37,210 bases of DNA, taken from IMG/VR virus record IMGVR_UViG_2713896798_000012; one strand, written 5' to 3'. Origin of the DNA: a virus (Duplodnaviria > Heunggongvirae > Uroviricota > Caudoviricetes). Made by a program: the position numbers and the translations under genes. Below, piece after piece: positions 1-10,048 of this stretch (the stretch's first letter is position 1; each line of letters starts with the position of its first letter). The notes under the pieces were generated by a model. That model saw only the letters and a list, made by a program, of their open reading frames with translations. It was not told the DNA's origin and searched no databases.

Positions 1-149
1 TCACCCCACCAGTCCCGATAACGTCAGGACTCGCCAGGCGGTGGAAAAGAAAATGGCAACCAGCATGACTAAAAATGAAATGCCGACGATTACACAGAGG
101 ATCTTCGCCAGCGTTATGAGTTTATCCGATATCATTAGCCACCACTCCA

Positions 150-719
150 TCAATCCGCCTTTGTTATTTTCCCTTTGCCTGTATCAGCCAGGACAAAATC
201 AATCAGCAGATTCGCTTCGTTTATCAATGTGCGGATTTTTGATACATGCGCGGATTTAACCTGTTTCCACTCATTCAGCCCGGTAGCAAACACACTGGCA
301 ATGTTTTTATCCCGTTTCATGTCAGCGCAAGCCTGATTGAGTTCTTCCATCACACTCATTCGACGGGGATTAACGACAAAACCCTTCGTCCAGTATTCAT
401 AGAGAACATCGTCACACTCTTCCTGATACTGGATTACCTTGCCGCGGATTTCGGGTTTTACTTTGTTGGGATTGATGGTTTGTAACCAGCCTGCAAGTTT
501 TCGAAGCGGCAGGGACACCATATTGCGTCGTTTCCCATCCTCAGCAACCATAACGATTTCCGTTATAGTTGACGCAAAACGCTGTCTTAACTTAGCCAAC
601 TGTGATTGCCAGGCCAGCCCCATCCCCGCAACGACAGGTTTCATGGGAACGTATGGTTCGCCGTTATGGTTAACCACATAAAGAGAATCGCCGTGAAACG
701 GCACGGTCATCATATTCAT
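150..719 (-). CDS. Phage antirepressor-like protein (Ant N-terminal-type domain)
   Basis: 189-aa ORF; N-terminal region resembles Ant-type antirepressor domains as I recall them; AAGGA RBS before ATG. Family from memory only. Confidence 0.5.
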   Translation of the reverse strand: MNMMTVPFHGDSLYVVNHNGEPYVPMKPVVAGMGLAWQSQLAKLRQRFASTITEIVMVAEDGKRRNMVSLPLRKLAGWLQTINPNKVKPEIRGKVIQYQEECDDVLYEYWTKGFVVNPRRMSVMEELNQACADMKRDKNIASVFATGLNEWKQVKSAHVSKIRTLINEANLLIDFVLADTGKGKITKAD

Positions 720-992
720 CGGTTATTTCCTTTTAGTGATGAACCCTGCGCACAGGAATAACCAGCCCAAAGAGGGTTAACCAGACCACTGCCGGTTATC
801 CACCAGGGCTCATCCTGAAAGGTTCTTTGGTTTATTTACGCTTGTGCGAAGCGCAGAAATGACAAAGGCACCATTACGGTGCCTCTTCATGAAACAATCT
901 TGTTGACTTTATTCACTTACATTTTGCCAGTTCGCAGGATTTCGTGTTATCTGCCGCGTTGGCCAACGTCATTTTTCAGCAAAATATTCTGC

Positions 993-1526
993 TTACCTGT
1001 CGATACCCCAGCATGACAGCGCACTCTCCTGGTCACGTCTTGATACCTGACCGTAGCAATTATTTGAGCGGATACGGCAGTCTCTGCCACCGTCCTTAAT
1101 CCACCAGCGAATCGCTTCGCAGGCACCTTTTCGATCACCTGCATTAATTCGTTTATAAAACGTCGACGGGAAACACTTACCGGGGCCAATGTTGTAAGGA
1201 CAGAATGACGCAATACCCGCTTTCTGGGGTTCAGTCAGTGGCACTCTGATGTTCTTCGCCACCCATGCCAGCGCCTTATCCCGTTCGATAGCGTTAACCC
1301 GGTCGCATTTTTCCTTCGACAGCTTCATGCCAGGAATCACAGGCTTACCATCCACCCGGGTGGCTCCACGGCAGATGGTCCAGATACCCACACCATCACG
1401 GTATGCCGTGGTGTGGTTACCTTCCTTTTCATCCAGAAACTGGTCGAGGATTTCAGGCGCAGAAGCACCTGCGGCAATCAGCGCCAGAACTACCGCTGAT
1501 AAACCATAGCGGAATTTCCTGCTCAT
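993..1526 (-). CDS. R: SAR endolysin (phage lysozyme, phage-21 R-like)
   Basis: 177 aa; hydrophobic signal-anchor-release-like N-terminus (YGLSAVVLALIAAGASAPEIL); lysozyme-like body; sits directly after the holin. Confidence 0.85.
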   Translation of the reverse strand: MSRKFRYGLSAVVLALIAAGASAPEILDQFLDEKEGNHTTAYRDGVGIWTICRGATRVDGKPVIPGMKLSKEKCDRVNAIERDKALAWVAKNIRVPLTEPQKAGIASFCPYNIGPGKCFPSTFYKRINAGDRKGACEAIRWWIKDGGRDCRIRSNNCYGQVSRRDQESALSCWGIDR

Positions 1527-1530
1527 CAGC

Positions 1531-1746
1531 TTACTCTCCCCGCGCCGCCTTACGCCGGTCTTCTTTAATCTTGAAATACAGGTTCGTCAGGTACGTCAGC
1601 AGACCAAACAGCAGACTCCCCAGCACGCCTATTGCCGCCCACTGAGACGGGGAAACCCTGTCCAGCAACTGCAGGAACCAGTAGCCCGTTCCCACCGCTG
1701 ACGTGGTGTATGACACACCTGTTGTGATTTTTTCCATCTGGTACAT
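1531..1746 (-). CDS. S: Pinholin (phage-21 S-like class II holin) with dual-start motif
   Basis: 71 aa; strong similarity to S21 (…GYWFLQ…[14 protein letters not shown]…[21 protein letters not shown]); Met1 and Met4 give the holin/antiholin dual start. Confidence 0.9.
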   Translation of the reverse strand: MYQMEKITTGVSYTTSAVGTGYWFLQLLDRVSPSQWAAIGVLGSLLFGLLTYLTNLYFKIKEDRRKAARGE

Positions 1747-1824
1747 ACCCCGTCTCCCGCAATCCGGAAGCTCACAACATGAAAAAGGCCAGCAGCTGTT
1801 TACTGATGGCCCTGACTCCCTCCG

Positions 1825-2097
1825 TTACAGCATCATGACCGATTCGGGTTGAGGTTCAGTCGCATCGGCGACCGGTGATTCAGGCTGAACTTCACCGCTC
1901 TCTGCGGTGGTATCTCCCGCTTCAGTCGGTGGCTCTGCCTGTACACCAAGCAGTTCATCCAGAATGGCATCCACTTCTGCATCAAGACGCGCTTCCAGGT
2001 TATGGCGAAGTTTCTGTTTCAGTGCGCTCCGGACTTCTTCAGAGCGCAGGACGTCCTTCACTGCCTCTGCAGTGACCAGGGATGTAATTTCTGACAT
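1825..2097 (-). CDS. Hypothetical acidic phage protein upstream of holin
   Basis: Internal ATG of the 148-aa track ORF (MSEITSLV…), 90 aa; the track's longer N-terminus overlaps another small ORF and looks non-coding. Confidence 0.45.
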   Translation of the reverse strand: MSEITSLVTAEAVKDVLRSEEVRSALKQKLRHNLEARLDAEVDAILDELLGVQAEPPTEAGDTTAESGEVQPESPVADATEPQPESVMML

Positions 2098-2137
2098 GGG
2101 ATTTTCTCGTCGAAAGGTGTGATTAAGAAAGTTGCCG

Positions 2138-2317
2138 CTAAATGAGCGGCTCTTCGGGTTTGCTTCCGGCTGACTGACTGGCGCTGATTTTCTCAGCGGC
2201 CCTTTTGTCAATCTGTCTGCGCCAGAAGTCACGCATGGCCCTGTACCCACCCGAAAGGAGATACAGCACACAGACCACCGTACAGAAGTACAGCATTAAC
2301 TGGTTCAGAAATGTCAT
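2138..2317 (-). CDS. Small hydrophobic protein (59 aa), below ORF-track threshold
   Basis: Hand-translated ATG…TAG ORF (MTFLNQLMLYFCTVVCVLYLLSGG…) between nanS-p and the holin; weak RBS. Confidence 0.3.
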   Translation of the reverse strand: MTFLNQLMLYFCTVVCVLYLLSGGYRAMRDFWRRQIDKRAAEKISASQSAGSKPEEPLI

Positions 2318-2414
2318 AATTTCTTTCCGTTATTGTTGACAATAAGAACTGTTTTCATTAAAAACCAGAGTACGAAAGTATCGTTCCTTTATTTTTTCTC
2401 CATAGGTATCACCA

Positions 2415-2450
2415 CCGCCAGCGTCCATTCCTGTCGCTGGCGGTTTTTTT
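2415..2450 (+). terminator. Intrinsic terminator oriented on the plus strand (antisense to the late operon)
   Basis: CCGCCAGCG…CGCTGGCGG 9-bp stem followed by T7 on the plus strand; on the minus strand the stem has an A-run upstream and no T-run. Confidence 0.45.
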
Positions 2451-2451
2451 A

Positions 2452-4389
2452 TCATGCCGCAGTGTCTGTGCTGTTCACTTCCACCGCAATGCTGTCTATC
2501 AGTACCGGGTAAGTCGCACCTCTGGTAATGTCTGTCACATGCAGTTTATCCGCCGCAAAGGCACTGACCGGTGACTGCGTCAGCGTGAACGGTGTGCCAT
2601 CCTGACCATCAATAACCGGCGTCACCTGCAGGCTGTTATTCCCGGCAAAGCGGAAAGCCAGCGTATGCCATTCGTTATCAAATGCGCCAAAGGTTCCCAG
2701 TTTCAGGTTGTTTGTCGCCACTTTCGCATTGTGGTACATCACATTCAGGTCTTTTGCATCTGTCTGGATGTAGAACGCTGCCAGCAGGTTATTCCCCCCG
2801 TCTCCGGTCAGGGCAACGCCCTGTGGCAGTGAAGATACCGGCCAGTAAAACGCCATAACATACTGGTTCGCAGCCAGCGCTCCCGAAACCTTAAAGCGGC
2901 AGCGAATCTGCCCCCCTTTCTGTAACAGAGCCGCACCGTTGCCCGCGGCGTACTCCAGCACCCAGCTGCTTTTACCGGCTTCCTTGGTCAGCTTCACTGC
3001 CTTACCTCCGGTTCCCTCCGCATCGCTGACCACTTCTGCCCTGCCGCCACTGGCTGACCATCCCTGTACTTTCAGGCTTCCCTCTGACTCGCTGGCAAGG
3101 TAAGAGAGCAGTGTTGTGACGCCTGTGGCTTCTGCACCGGAAGGCGATGACGGGCGCACCTCTGATACTGTCGATGATGCCCCCGCGTTTAGCGCCACTC
3201 TTCCCGCATGGCGCAAAATCGCCGTTGCCAGACGGTCGGAAATAATCCCGCGGCGAGCCCATGAACTGAAATGGCTCGCCCTGTCCTGTGACGTCCAGGT
3301 GGCTGAGCTGTCACGCCATTTCGAACCGTAATATCCGATACCCGGAATGTCCGGGTCTTCTTCCGGTTTGTTCGTCGGCACATTCACCCCGTTCTCATCC
3401 GTCATGAACGGTACGAAATGGATATTCTTTTCCGTTTTGTTTTTATAGCTGCCATACACCGTCTGGTACGTGGATTCGTTCTTCTGCTTCCAGAAATACG
3501 TCGTGTCCCCGCATATCCAGGGAACACCGCCAGCAGAGCCACCGACGCACTGGCCTGCCATATCCGCCAGGTCTGCACGGAATTTATCAACCAGCGCACC
3601 AAACTGTGCGGCGTGATTTACCGGCGTACCGCCAAAATCAAATTCCCCCTGCATCCACACCACGGCAAACAGCACATTTTTCGGATTCTTCTTCAGTGCT
3701 GCTTTTGTTCGACCGATAAGGTCCTTATACAGCGGCTTGTCCACACCCCAGCGGGTTGAATTCTCCGAGGCACCACTCGCGTCACTGTATGTGCCATCGG
3801 CTCCGGTGGTGAACGCTGAACCACCACGACAGCACGGAACCAGCAGAATGCCCGCATTCGCCGGTATAAACGGCAGCAGTTTTTTGGCGATATGCAGCCC
3901 CTGCCCCACGGTTCCGTACTGCCCCTTTGACAGGTCCGCTTTCGGATGGTTAAGACGGCTCATGTCCTGCACATCATGCAGACAATGGTCCGCCGGAATG
4001 ATGTCGTTATATTTGCATACTGCACCGCCCGGTGTCACCGTACTGCGACGCGCTAACTGTTTAATACGTGGATCAGGGCTGTCGAATGTATCCGGCAATG
4101 GCAGTCCCTCACCGTATGACATACCATTGGACTGACCAGCAAGCGCGATCACATAGTAATATTCTGGCGCAACAGAAGGCGCTGAGGTCGTCGGACGGTT
4201 GCCTGGCTCCTCTGGTGATGAGATGCTCCCCTCACTCACAACTGGCTGGATGAACTCCGCACCATAACCAGCTGTCGAAATCAGCGCACTACCATAAGGC
4301 TGCCACCCTTCCTTCAGTTTTTGAGTTATTCGTTTCGCAAGGTCTGACGGCGACGCCGCCCTGACAACATCATAGTGTTTAAATGCCAT
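2452..4389 (-). CDS. nanS-p: Prophage sialate O-acetylesterase (NanS-p type)
   Basis: 645 aa, the size and position (between tRNAs and holin) of NanS-p esterases of Stx-type prophages; GGGAGGA RBS before ATG. Recognised from memory. Confidence 0.75.
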   Translation of the reverse strand: MAFKHYDVVRAASPSDLAKRITQKLKEGWQPYGSALISTAGYGAEFIQPVVSEGSISSPEEPGNRPTTSAPSVAPEYYYVIALAGQSNGMSYGEGLPLPDTFDSPDPRIKQLARRSTVTPGGAVCKYNDIIPADHCLHDVQDMSRLNHPKADLSKGQYGTVGQGLHIAKKLLPFIPANAGILLVPCCRGGSAFTTGADGTYSDASGASENSTRWGVDKPLYKDLIGRTKAALKKNPKNVLFAVVWMQGEFDFGGTPVNHAAQFGALVDKFRADLADMAGQCVGGSAGGVPWICGDTTYFWKQKNESTYQTVYGSYKNKTEKNIHFVPFMTDENGVNVPTNKPEEDPDIPGIGYYGSKWRDSSATWTSQDRASHFSSWARRGIISDRLATAILRHAGRVALNAGASSTVSEVRPSSPSGAEATGVTTLLSYLASESEGSLKVQGWSASGGRAEVVSDAEGTGGKAVKLTKEAGKSSWVLEYAAGNGAALLQKGGQIRCRFKVSGALAANQYVMAFYWPVSSLPQGVALTGDGGNNLLAAFYIQTDAKDLNVMYHNAKVATNNLKLGTFGAFDNEWHTLAFRFAGNNSLQVTPVIDGQDGTPFTLTQSPVSAFAADKLHVTDITRGATYPVLIDSIAVEVNSTDTAA

Positions 4390-4919
4390 GAATCCTCCCG
4401 GCCGGGATAATATTGTGAGTAAAATAAGGAGCGGGCTGAAGTCCGGAAGTTACAGGACAATGGCAGAAGGGAGACTACAGCCCGCAATTCGAAAAAGGTC
4501 GCGCAGTTGCGCAGAGTGATTACTATAGGGTATTATTCGCCAGCTGAAATATTACTTCACGTTTCATTGTTTATTCCTTGCCGCCCGCGTCTCCCAGCGC
4601 GGGCTTTTTTGTCCATAAGAAAGCCCCTCCGGAGAGGGGCTGGAGAGTGGCGCTATGTGCCATTGCATGGTGCCGGGTGCCTCCCGGTGAGTTCAGCCCG
4701 GTGCCACTAAACCCTCGTCATTCTCGTTTTGATAATCAGAGATTATACCGTCACCAGTCGCCCCTCCGCTCAGGGGGATTCACCATGCAAAACTTTTTTA
4801 ACAACTCTCCGTCAACCAGACAATCATCAACTGCCTGAATTGTGAGGCATTTAACATTTCACTGTCCAGTGTCTTTCCTGTAATAAAAAGCCCGCAAAAG
4901 CGAGCCTGGTAAATAAATA

Positions 4920-4996
4920 TGGCGCGTTGTACTGGATTCGAACCAGTGACCGATTGCTTAGAAGGCAATTGCTCTGTCCGGCTGAGCTAACAACGC
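4920..4996 (-). tRNA. argO: tRNA-Arg (anticodon UCU)
   Basis: Hand-folded 77-nt cloverleaf: acceptor GCGTTGT/ACAACGC, anticodon loop CTTCTAA, TTCGAAT T-loop, CCA end. Confidence 0.8.
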
Positions 4997-5009
4997 AGTG
5001 TGCAGATAA

Positions 5010-5086
5010 TGGACCGCCATCGAGGACTCGAACCCCGCGCAACCAGCTTCGAAGGCTGACGCTCTATCCCGATGAGCTAATGGCGG
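5010..5086 (-). tRNA. argN: tRNA-Arg (anticodon UCG)
   Basis: Hand-folded cloverleaf: acceptor CCGCCAT/ATGGCGG, anticodon loop CTTCGAA, CCA end; 5' end could be 1 nt off. Confidence 0.7.
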
Positions 5087-5093
5087 TATGTGA

Positions 5094-5169
5094 TGGTGGC
5101 CCTTGCTGGATTTGAACCAGCGACCTGGCGATTATGAGTCGCTCGCTCTCACCACTGAGCTAAAGGGCC
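5094..5169 (-). tRNA. ileZ: tRNA with CAU anticodon (Ile2/Met type)
   Basis: 76-nt cloverleaf: acceptor GGCCCTT/AAGGGCC, anticodon loop CTCATAA, T-loop TTCAAAT, CCA; first of an ileZ-argN-argO-like trio downstream of Q. Confidence 0.8.
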
Positions 5170-5330
5170 GGGCGCAGGATAATAACGGTACGTAACTAAT
5201 TCTGCAATATCATCCGTTCTGACTGACTACATTCTGAACTTCCCTGACCGTCTGCTCAAAACGCCCGCTCTCCAGCTCAACGCCAATTGCACGACGCCCT
5301 AGCGCCATTGCTGCTTTGACGCTACGGACA

Positions 5331-5360
5331 TAAAAAAGCCAGCCACTGGGGGAGGCTGGC
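5331..5360 (-). terminator. Intrinsic terminator between Q and the tRNA cluster (tR'-like)
   Basis: Minus strand GCCAGCC-loop-GGCTGGC 7-bp stem followed by T6. Confidence 0.6.
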
Positions 5361-5537
5361 AAACTCGTAGAGCAAAATGCTGTTACGCAAACTTCGTTAC
5401 AGGGTTATCCTGCAATACTTAAAATATACAATATTTAGAAAACTAATAGTGCTATATGCGATTTTTAAGATTTTGTTATTAATTACGGTCGCACCTTCCT
5501 TTCTGTGTACTTTCCGTATAGCTCACAGGATTCGGGG

Positions 5538-5562
5538 TACAAAAAAACCCGCGCATCGGCGG
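5538..5562 (-). terminator. Intrinsic terminator just downstream of Q
   Basis: Minus strand CCCGC-loop-GCGGG followed by T7. Confidence 0.55.
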
Positions 5563-5610
5563 GTTCGACTGCGTGGCAATGTAACCACTCTTATCATGAT
5601 ATGCAGATTT

Positions 5611-6045
5611 TTACGATCGTAAACTATTTTTTCGCTGATAAAATACAGAGGTTCTCCCTCCCGGCAATTCACGCTCAACATACCGATCCATCTCAAGCCT
5701 CACTCCCAGCATCATCAGCATGCCTTCAACAATCCCCTCCGCTTTGTGAAGGCGTTTACCTATACAGGTGTCAGAGCACCCATGTTTCCGTGCCAACGCC
5801 ATGAACGTCTCCCCCAACACGTAATAATCAACCAGCAAGTCATGCAGATCGCGATTGTTCCGGTAAAGGCGGGCTATGCACCCGCATATCACCATCGCAT
5901 CATCGTCACAGCACTGTGGACGTGATTTTACTTTTTCGGGGATCAGTCCCTTAAATCCGGCAGCAATGGGCGACCATGTAACATCCTCATAGTTATTTGC
6001 CGCCCATGCCCCCCAGCGCTCAAGAACCTGCCGGATATCACGCAT
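5611..6045 (-). CDS. Q: Late-gene antiterminator Q (Stx-phage/82-type)
   Basis: Start taken at [18 protein letters not shown]… (144 aa), matching my recollection of the 933W-type Q N-terminus; overlaps ninH stop by 8 nt. Confidence 0.75.
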   Translation of the reverse strand: MRDIRQVLERWGAWAANNYEDVTWSPIAAGFKGLIPEKVKSRPQCCDDDAMVICGCIARLYRNNRDLHDLLVDYYVLGETFMALARKHGCSDTCIGKRLHKAEGIVEGMLMMLGVRLEMDRYVERELPGGRTSVFYQRKNSLRS

Positions 6046-6232
6046 CAGTATCTTTACCCCATCCGCGGTGAACCATAAGAACACCGTTGACGATAGCGTG
6101 TCTTTTCCCTTCTTTATCGCCAGTGTATTTTCTGACCGTGTTGCGACTACAGTTCAGTATTCTGGCTACCTCGGTCTGATTTTCATATGCCTCAACGAGC
6201 ATGTCAGGAATGGTTTTTACTGTGAACGTCAT
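6038..6232 (-). CDS. ninH: NinH
   Basis: 64 aa [14 protein letters not shown]…[18 protein letters not shown]…, near-identical to lambda NinH as I recall it. Confidence 0.8.
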   Translation of the reverse strand: MTFTVKTIPDMLVEAYENQTEVARILNCSRNTVRKYTGDKEGKRHAIVNGVLMVHRGWGKDTDA

Positions 6233-6834
6233 GCGGCCTCACTTCTGCTGTTTCGCAGGTCTTTAAGTTTCTGCTGATACTTCGCCTTGATCGCCCTGCA
6301 TTCTTCGACAGTCCAGCGATGGCGGTTATGGTTTGATTCGATTTCGTCTACTGCTTCCTGCCCGATGCGGTTAATCAGTTCGACGCGATACGGAACGAGA
6401 TTTCCGCTTTTATGTTGGTTGCACACCACGCATTGCTTGTGAATATTGCGTTCATCAAATCGGAGTTGAGGCGCAGCAGCAGTTGTCCGGTAATGCCCGG
6501 CATCCCACTGAGCAGACGTGAGCGTTCCGCACGAGATACATGGTAAGTCGCGGTCTCTTTCTCTGATGAAGGCGTTTACGGCTTGTTGGGCTTGTTTAAT
6601 CCAGTAACTGCGGGGCTTTAAGGCGAGTTTTCGAATCTTAAGTTTATCTTTCTGTTTCTGCTCCTCTCGTCGTCGTTTCTTCTCTGCTGCCTTTTCCGCT
6701 TTTTCGCGTTCTTTGCTTCGTCGTTCGAGTGCTAATTGAGTTCCGTGTTCCGGGCTGCACCACCACTGATTTGAGAATGCCGGGTGAAACCATTCCTTAC
6801 AGATTTTGCATTTCCTTCGCGCTGGTTTAGCCAT
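6229..6834 (-). CDS. ninG: NinG (Rap) recombination-associated endonuclease
   Basis: 201 aa, close to lambda NinG (MAKPARR…WWCSPE…CVVCNQHK…). Confidence 0.9.
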   Translation of the reverse strand: MAKPARRKCKICKEWFHPAFSNQWWCSPEHGTQLALERRSKEREKAEKAAEKKRRREEQKQKDKLKIRKLALKPRSYWIKQAQQAVNAFIRERDRDLPCISCGTLTSAQWDAGHYRTTAAAPQLRFDERNIHKQCVVCNQHKSGNLVPYRVELINRIGQEAVDEIESNHNRHRWTVEECRAIKAKYQQKLKDLRNSRSEAA

Positions 6835-7556
6835 TAAGCAGCCTCCCCTGTTACTTTCAGCATTCCGTTATCGAGCAGCTTTCTGGTCAGCCACTGTTGA
6901 CCACGCCCGGTGATTTTTGTGGTGAACGATATCTGTATTCCGTGATTTGTATTGACCGCTGTTTCTTTCACTGTGAAATAGCCGCGCTCCATATATTCCT
7001 GCATTGGCACATTTCGCCGGGAACCTGAAGCAATAAGGATTTTGTGATCGCGCATCCACGCAAACAGTTTGTTTGGACCAATACCAACAACCTTTGCAAA
7101 GTTTCCAATCAAAATTCCGCTGGCCTCGCCAACGCGATCGGCAAACTCAACTTTAGGTGCGGCAATTGCGAGCTGGTTTTCCAGTTGCATTTTCTGCTCA
7201 GCAAGATCAGCAGCAAGGCGCAACGCTTCTGGTAGCGTTTTGGGGATATTAACCGCAGCTTCTTCAAGCTCTCGCCAGCGGTCAACAAGGCGAGCGGTGA
7301 ATTCCGGCGACAGCTGGGCTACAACGACAATACTGTCTCGCTTTCCTTGTTCGCCTTCGAAGACGTAATGCTCGTACTGAACATTGAACCCTAAGTTATT
7401 GATTCTTTCGGAAACCTCAATTTGAGGAAGCCGGATAACACCATTTTTAGCCAGCGTTTCGATGGTACGTTTCACATTGTCATGACGCTTACCCACCAAC
7501 TCAGCGATTTCAATGCTTGTCATTTTGATGGCATTGCCATTTATTAACTCACTCAT
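6834..7556 (-). CDS. Rha-family phage regulatory protein / antirepressor
   Basis: 240 aa; N-terminal Rha-like region ([19 protein letters not shown]) plus antirepressor-like C-terminal part. Confidence 0.65.
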   Translation of the reverse strand: MSELINGNAIKMTSIEIAELVGKRHDNVKRTIETLAKNGVIRLPQIEVSERINNLGFNVQYEHYVFEGEQGKRDSIVVVAQLSPEFTARLVDRWRELEEAAVNIPKTLPEALRLAADLAEQKMQLENQLAIAAPKVEFADRVGEASGILIGNFAKVVGIGPNKLFAWMRDHKILIASGSRRNVPMQEYMERGYFTVKETAVNTNHGIQISFTTKITGRGQQWLTRKLLDNGMLKVTGEAA

Positions 7557-7725
7557 CGTCTTCTTCCTCGTACATTGAGCTATTCGGATCGCTCATCAGT
7601 TCTGCGCAGCAATCGGAGCACACGTGAACTTCCAGCACATGCAGCTTCTGACCGCAGTTAGCGCACGTTAAAGCCCGCTCGACGCTTTCTTTCTGGTATT
7701 GAAGGGATTGGGATGGACTAAGCAT
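7549..7725 (-). CDS. ninF: NinF
   Basis: Internal ATG giving MLSPSQSLQYQKESVERALTCANCGQKLH…, matching lambda NinF. Confidence 0.8.
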   Translation of the reverse strand: MLSPSQSLQYQKESVERALTCANCGQKLHVLEVHVCSDCCAELMSDPNSSMYEEEDDE

Positions 7726-7888
7726 GGCTTTCACCATTAAAAAGTCGCTTGTAAGCATCAATGTCTCGTTTTGCTTCACCGAGCTTTCGTCTTAATTCCA
7801 TGTTTTCTGATTCAAGCTTTTCCATGTCTTGCTGGTATCGGTCGCGGTGTTCTTTCCATGCTTTTTTATACGCCTTCATGTATGTCAT
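7718..7888 (-). CDS. Hypothetical small basic protein
   Basis: ATG with GAAAGG RBS; 56 aa (MTYMKAYKKAWKEH…); the longer track ORF begins at a GTG without RBS. Confidence 0.4.
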   Translation of the reverse strand: MTYMKAYKKAWKEHRDRYQQDMEKLESENMELRRKLGEAKRDIDAYKRLFNGESHA

Positions 7889-8053
7889 GTTGGCCTTTCT
7901 CTTTGCCTGACGAACTGCGTGGTGGTTTTTCACAAACCAGTCAGGGTCGTTAAATGCTGCTCTGGCGCAGGTATACCAATAATTTGTTGCCTCCCTGTTT
8001 AGCCAATAAATACTGATAAATGGGTAAGCGTCAACGGAGCACCGTATTGACGC

Positions 8054-9667
8054 TTATTTATTGGTGAGTACTACGTTCCATGGCAGGAGTTCGTCAACTC
8101 GGTTGGAAGGCCATTCCGGCAGTACGCTCAGGATATGGCGCAGATACGCTTCCGGATCGATACCGTTCAGACGGCAGGTGCCGATCAGCCCGTACAACAG
8201 TGCTCCACGCTCGCCGCCGTGATCGCTGCCAAAGAACATAAAGTTTTTCTTTCCGAGACAGACTGCACGAAGCGCTCTTTCCGCAGCATTATTATCCGCC
8301 TCCGCCAGACCGTCATCACTGTAATAACAGAGGGCATCCCACTGATTCAGTACATAGCTGAACGCTTCGCCCAGTCTGGATTTTTTCGACAGCGTACCAT
8401 TCTTCTCCACCATCCATTCATGCAGCGACGTCAGTAACACTTTGCTTCGCTGCTGCCTGACGGCAAGACGCTCTGACTCCGGTAATCCCCGTATTTCATC
8501 CTCGATGGCGTACAGTTCACTGATTCGCTTCAGGGCTTCTTCTGCCGTCGCACTTTTGCTGCTGATGTATACATCGTGGATTTTTCGCCGGGCATGGGCC
8601 CAGCACGCAACTTCTGTCAGTGCACCACCTTCACGTTCTGCACTGAACAACCTGTCGTAACCTGTGAACGCATCCGCCTGCAGGATACCCCGGAAGGGGC
8701 GGAGGTGTTGCTCCGGGTGTTTCCCCTGCCGGTTCGGCGAGTACGCGAACCAGACCGCTGGAGGAGATGACGAACCCACATTGCGATCATCCCGGACATA
8801 CGTCCAGATACGCCCTGTTTTCGCCTTTTTCTGACCCGGTGCCAGTACCTTTACCGGTGTGTCATCAGTGTGAACCTTGCGGGTGTTCATTACATAACGG
8901 TACAGGGCATCATTCACCGGTGTCATTAACTGGCAGCACGCGTCAACCCAGTTGGAGAGTAAGGCCCGGCTCAGTTCGACACCCTGGCGGGCAAAGATTT
9001 CACTCTGACGATACAGTGGCAGATGTTCGCAGTATTTTCCCGTTAACACGCGGGCAAGTAATCCGGGGCCCGCGATACCACGCTCTATCGGGCGGGACGG
9101 CGCCGGTGCTTCAACAATACAGTCACATTTTGTACAGGCTTTTTTTACCCGTTCTGTGCGGATCACTTTCAGGGCACTGCTCACCAGTTCCAGCTGTTCA
9201 GCGCTGACTTCCCCCAGATAATCCAGCTCACCGCCACACTCCGGGCAACAGCTTTCTTCTGGCTCCAGGCGGTGTATTTCACGGGGAAGGTGTGCCGGTA
9301 ACGGACGACGATGGCGCGACTGTCGCAACTGGCGGGGAACCTGAGGATCGTCTTCCCGCCCACTGTAACGATCGCTGTCCTGTTCACGTTGTTTCAGCAG
9401 AGCCTCAGCCAGTTCAACTTCACGACGCAGTTTTTCAGAACGGGTACCGAACAGCATCCGGCGCAGTTTTTCTATCTGAGCCCGCAGATGTTCTATTTCC
9501 CGTTCATCTTCTTCGATCTTTTCTTCGGCACGTGTCAGTGCAGAGCGCAGGAAGGCTTCCGTCTCTTCAACCAGACTCAGTTGCTGGTCTTTCTGACGGA
9601 GGGCTTCAGCCTGCTCAGAGAGCAACCTTTCCAGCTCTGCGATGCGAATGAGGTATTTCTGACTCAT
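8054..9667 (-). CDS. tnpC: IS66-family transposase TnpC
   Basis: 537 aa with N-terminal coiled coil and CxxC zinc motifs typical of IS66 TnpC. Confidence 0.9.
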   Translation of the reverse strand: MSQKYLIRIAELERLLSEQAEALRQKDQQLSLVEETEAFLRSALTRAEEKIEEDEREIEHLRAQIEKLRRMLFGTRSEKLRREVELAEALLKQREQDSDRYSGREDDPQVPRQLRQSRHRRPLPAHLPREIHRLEPEESCCPECGGELDYLGEVSAEQLELVSSALKVIRTERVKKACTKCDCIVEAPAPSRPIERGIAGPGLLARVLTGKYCEHLPLYRQSEIFARQGVELSRALLSNWVDACCQLMTPVNDALYRYVMNTRKVHTDDTPVKVLAPGQKKAKTGRIWTYVRDDRNVGSSSPPAVWFAYSPNRQGKHPEQHLRPFRGILQADAFTGYDRLFSAEREGGALTEVACWAHARRKIHDVYISSKSATAEEALKRISELYAIEDEIRGLPESERLAVRQQRSKVLLTSLHEWMVEKNGTLSKKSRLGEAFSYVLNQWDALCYYSDDGLAEADNNAAERALRAVCLGKKNFMFFGSDHGGERGALLYGLIGTCRLNGIDPEAYLRHILSVLPEWPSNRVDELLPWNVVLTNK

Positions 9668-9697
9668 GACCGTTTTTATAATGCGGTCAGGAGTTTT

Positions 9698-10048
9698 TTA
9701 CAACATTGTCAGTGAGTTACGGCTGGATGTTTTTGGCTGACGCCAGTCCAGCTTATCGAGGAGCATTGCCAGTTGCGAGCGGGTAATGGATACCTTGCCG
9801 TCACGTACCGCAGGCCAGATAAACTGGCCTTCCTCCAGGCGTTTGGTGAACAGGCACAGACCATCAGCATCAGCCCAAAGAATTTTGACGGTGTCACCCC
9901 GTCGGCCACGGAAGATAAACAGGTGACCGGAGAAGGGATTATCATTCAGCACATGTTGTACCTGTTCTCCCAGTCCGTTGAAGGATTTACGCATATCGGT
10001 AACGCCGGCAACGAGCCAGATACGGGTACCTGATGGGAGTGAGATCAT
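9698..10048 (-). CDS. tnpB: IS66-family accessory protein TnpB
   Basis: 116 aa, IS66 Orf2-like (…LVAGVTDMRKSFNGL…). Confidence 0.85.
   Translation of the reverse strand: MISLPSGTRIWLVAGVTDMRKSFNGLGEQVQHVLNDNPFSGHLFIFRGRRGDTVKILWADADGLCLFTKRLEEGQFIWPAVRDGKVSITRSQLAMLLDKLDWRQPKTSSRNSLTML

Noticed and set aside
947-1526. Overlapping ORFs inside the endolysin gene (947-1213 minus, 1249-1509 plus, 1403-1645 plus)
   Set aside because: They are embedded in alternative frames of a well-supported lysozyme/holin pair, lack RBS and have odd composition; 947-1213 is not an Rz (no TM N-terminus, wrong position).
2452-4389. Internal ORFs within nanS-p (for example 3116-3331, 3418-3759, 3737-4135 plus; 3002-3262 minus)
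   Set aside because: Nested within or antisense to a long, well-supported 645-codon gene; no independent signals.
4507-5115. ORFs 4507-4710, 4578-4838, 4851-5042 and 4927-5115 in the tRNA/intergenic region
   Set aside because: They overlap the tRNA genes or GC-rich hairpins and have Pro/Arg/Ser-rich low-complexity translations; I looked for stx remnants here and saw nothing convincing.
8135-9715. Multiple plus-strand ORFs inside IS copy A (and their mirror images inside copy B)
   Set aside because: Antisense to the transposase genes; Arg/Pro/Ser-rich translations typical of the opposite strand of coding DNA.
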